Shown here in pieces: positions 62,892-64,000 of a stretch of 64,000 nucleotides of DNA. Each line of letters starts with the position of its first letter. The first letter of the stretch is position 1. Under the pieces are notes generated by a model. It made no database searches. It was not told the DNA's origin and worked only from the letters and a program-made list of their open reading frames with translations. The stretch is taken from assembly GCA_963666285.1 (NCBI GenBank), contig OY762711.1; one strand, written 5' to 3'. The translations under genes and the position numbers were made by a program. Source of the DNA: Sedimentisphaerales bacterium. GTDB lineage: Bacteria > Planctomycetota > Phycisphaerae > Sedimentisphaerales > SM23-30.

Positions 62892-63761
62892 TTAAAGCAT
62901 ACTTATAATTGCAAGGTATTGTTTCTTTATCCGCCTCATTATTTTTATATGTGTCAGCTTGATCATCAGGACAGTCTGTATCATTTTTAGCCCATCAGCA
63001 ATCACCCTTACTTTTGAACCGGCTATATCATTCCATGTAATACCAATCTCACGTATCCGCAGCCCCCTGATATAGGCAAGGTAAACTATATCCAGGTCAA
63101 ACTCAAACCCATCATATTTTGACAGCCTGAACAAAAGCCTGGCAACCTTCCTCTTAAAAAGTTTACATCCGCATTGAGTATCCAGGTATGGCAGCGACAG
63201 TGCCGCCTTGGTAAAAAACGAAAACAACCTTCCCAGGGTATACCTTCTGATATTCTGACGTTTGATCACCGCCCCGGGCACCCGCCTGGAACCAATAATT
63301 ACATCCGCCTTCTCCTTCTCAAGCAGTCTGACTAGTCTTATCAATTCGATTGGCGGAGTTGAACCGTCAGCATCAATAAAAGCAACAATATCACCACCTG
63401 CCGCTAACATCCCCTTTCTCACGGCATATCCCTTACCTTTATTATCCGGGTAACTGATTACCCTGATCGGCAGCCTGCCCGACCACTCTTCGATTATAGA
63501 ACCGGTATTATCTGTGCACCCATCACAAACAATTATTATCTCCAGGCTAATCTGGTCTGCAACTTCTTCGAAGAACGCCAGGGTTGAAGGCAACCGCTTC
63601 TCTTCGTTAAAAGCAGGTATTACTACCGAAAGATCCGTCTGCCCTGTAATCGCTTTTACTTGGAGATCTGTTTTTTTATAACTATCCTTCATATTTTGCT
63701 TTTTTATTAAAAATATAACTAGCCTTCCGTCTGCCCTGAGTTTATCGTAGGGCTGCGGCAT
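62892..63761 (-). CDS. GT2 polyprenyl-phosphate glycosyltransferase (dolichyl-P beta-glucosyltransferase-like); true start may be downstream
   Basis: VIPAFNEEKRL, NKGKGYAVRKG, DADGS, DTQCGCKLF. Confidence 0.88.
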   Translation of the reverse strand: MPQPYDKLRADGRLVIFLIKKQNMKDSYKKTDLQVKAITGQTDLSVVIPAFNEEKRLPSTLAFFEEVADQISLEIIIVCDGCTDNTGSIIEEWSGRLPIRVISYPDNKGKGYAVRKGMLAAGGDIVAFIDADGSTPPIELIRLVRLLEKEKADVIIGSRRVPGAVIKRQNIRRYTLGRLFSFFTKAALSLPYLDTQCGCKLFKRKVARLLFRLSKYDGFEFDLDIVYLAYIRGLRIREIGITWNDIAGSKVRVIADGLKMIQTVLMIKLTHIKIMRRIKKQYLAIISML

Positions 63762-64000
63762 TCCTTGCCTAATACCTAAAAACTCATACCTAATACCTTT
63801 TATTTCTTTACATACTTTTCCAGTATTTCAAAATATTCTACCAACTGAGCATTAAGATAAACTGAGCCGAACCTTAAGATTTGCTTAATTTTCCGCAATA
63901 TCCGCCTTTTTTTGCATTATTTATTGAAAATCCGGATATTTAATGCTCTAATTATCTTCTGTAAATTACTCAAAGTGAACTGTTTTACTCTTTGCTTTGC

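Overview
Bacterial chromosomal window, most likely from a Planctomycetota (Phycisphaerae-like) organism. This is inferred from LamG/dockerin-like-tailed secreted CAZymes, an ECF sigma/FecR pair and H-X9-DG prepilin-like proteins. The centrepiece is an apparently intact type V-A CRISPR-Cas locus (cas12a-cas4-cas1-cas2) with 14 identical 36-bp repeats. Its 10th spacer is split by an IS110-superfamily (IS1111-type) element. The element's non-coding end contains a stem-enclosed loop matching both strands of the interrupted spacer (candidate bridge/seek RNA). It also holds a separate, oppositely oriented small structured RNA with its own -10 box and terminator, resembling Acido-Lenti-1. Other accessory features are a 3.1-kb integrase-less islet at tRNA-Ser(GGA) carrying a truncated RHS toxin with a phospholipase C/P1-like tip and a lipoprotein, a 119-bp tandem repeat upstream of cas12a, two families of dispersed non-coding elements, and a divergent RAYT-like gene. 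Housekeeping content: lysA, NCS2 permease, G1P-dehydrogenase-like gene, mop-modABC, dapF, pyrF, aspA-hydE, rpmA, TrmH, a V-type ATPase operon and an ArnT/GT2 cluster. All calls come from reading the sequence; no searches were run.
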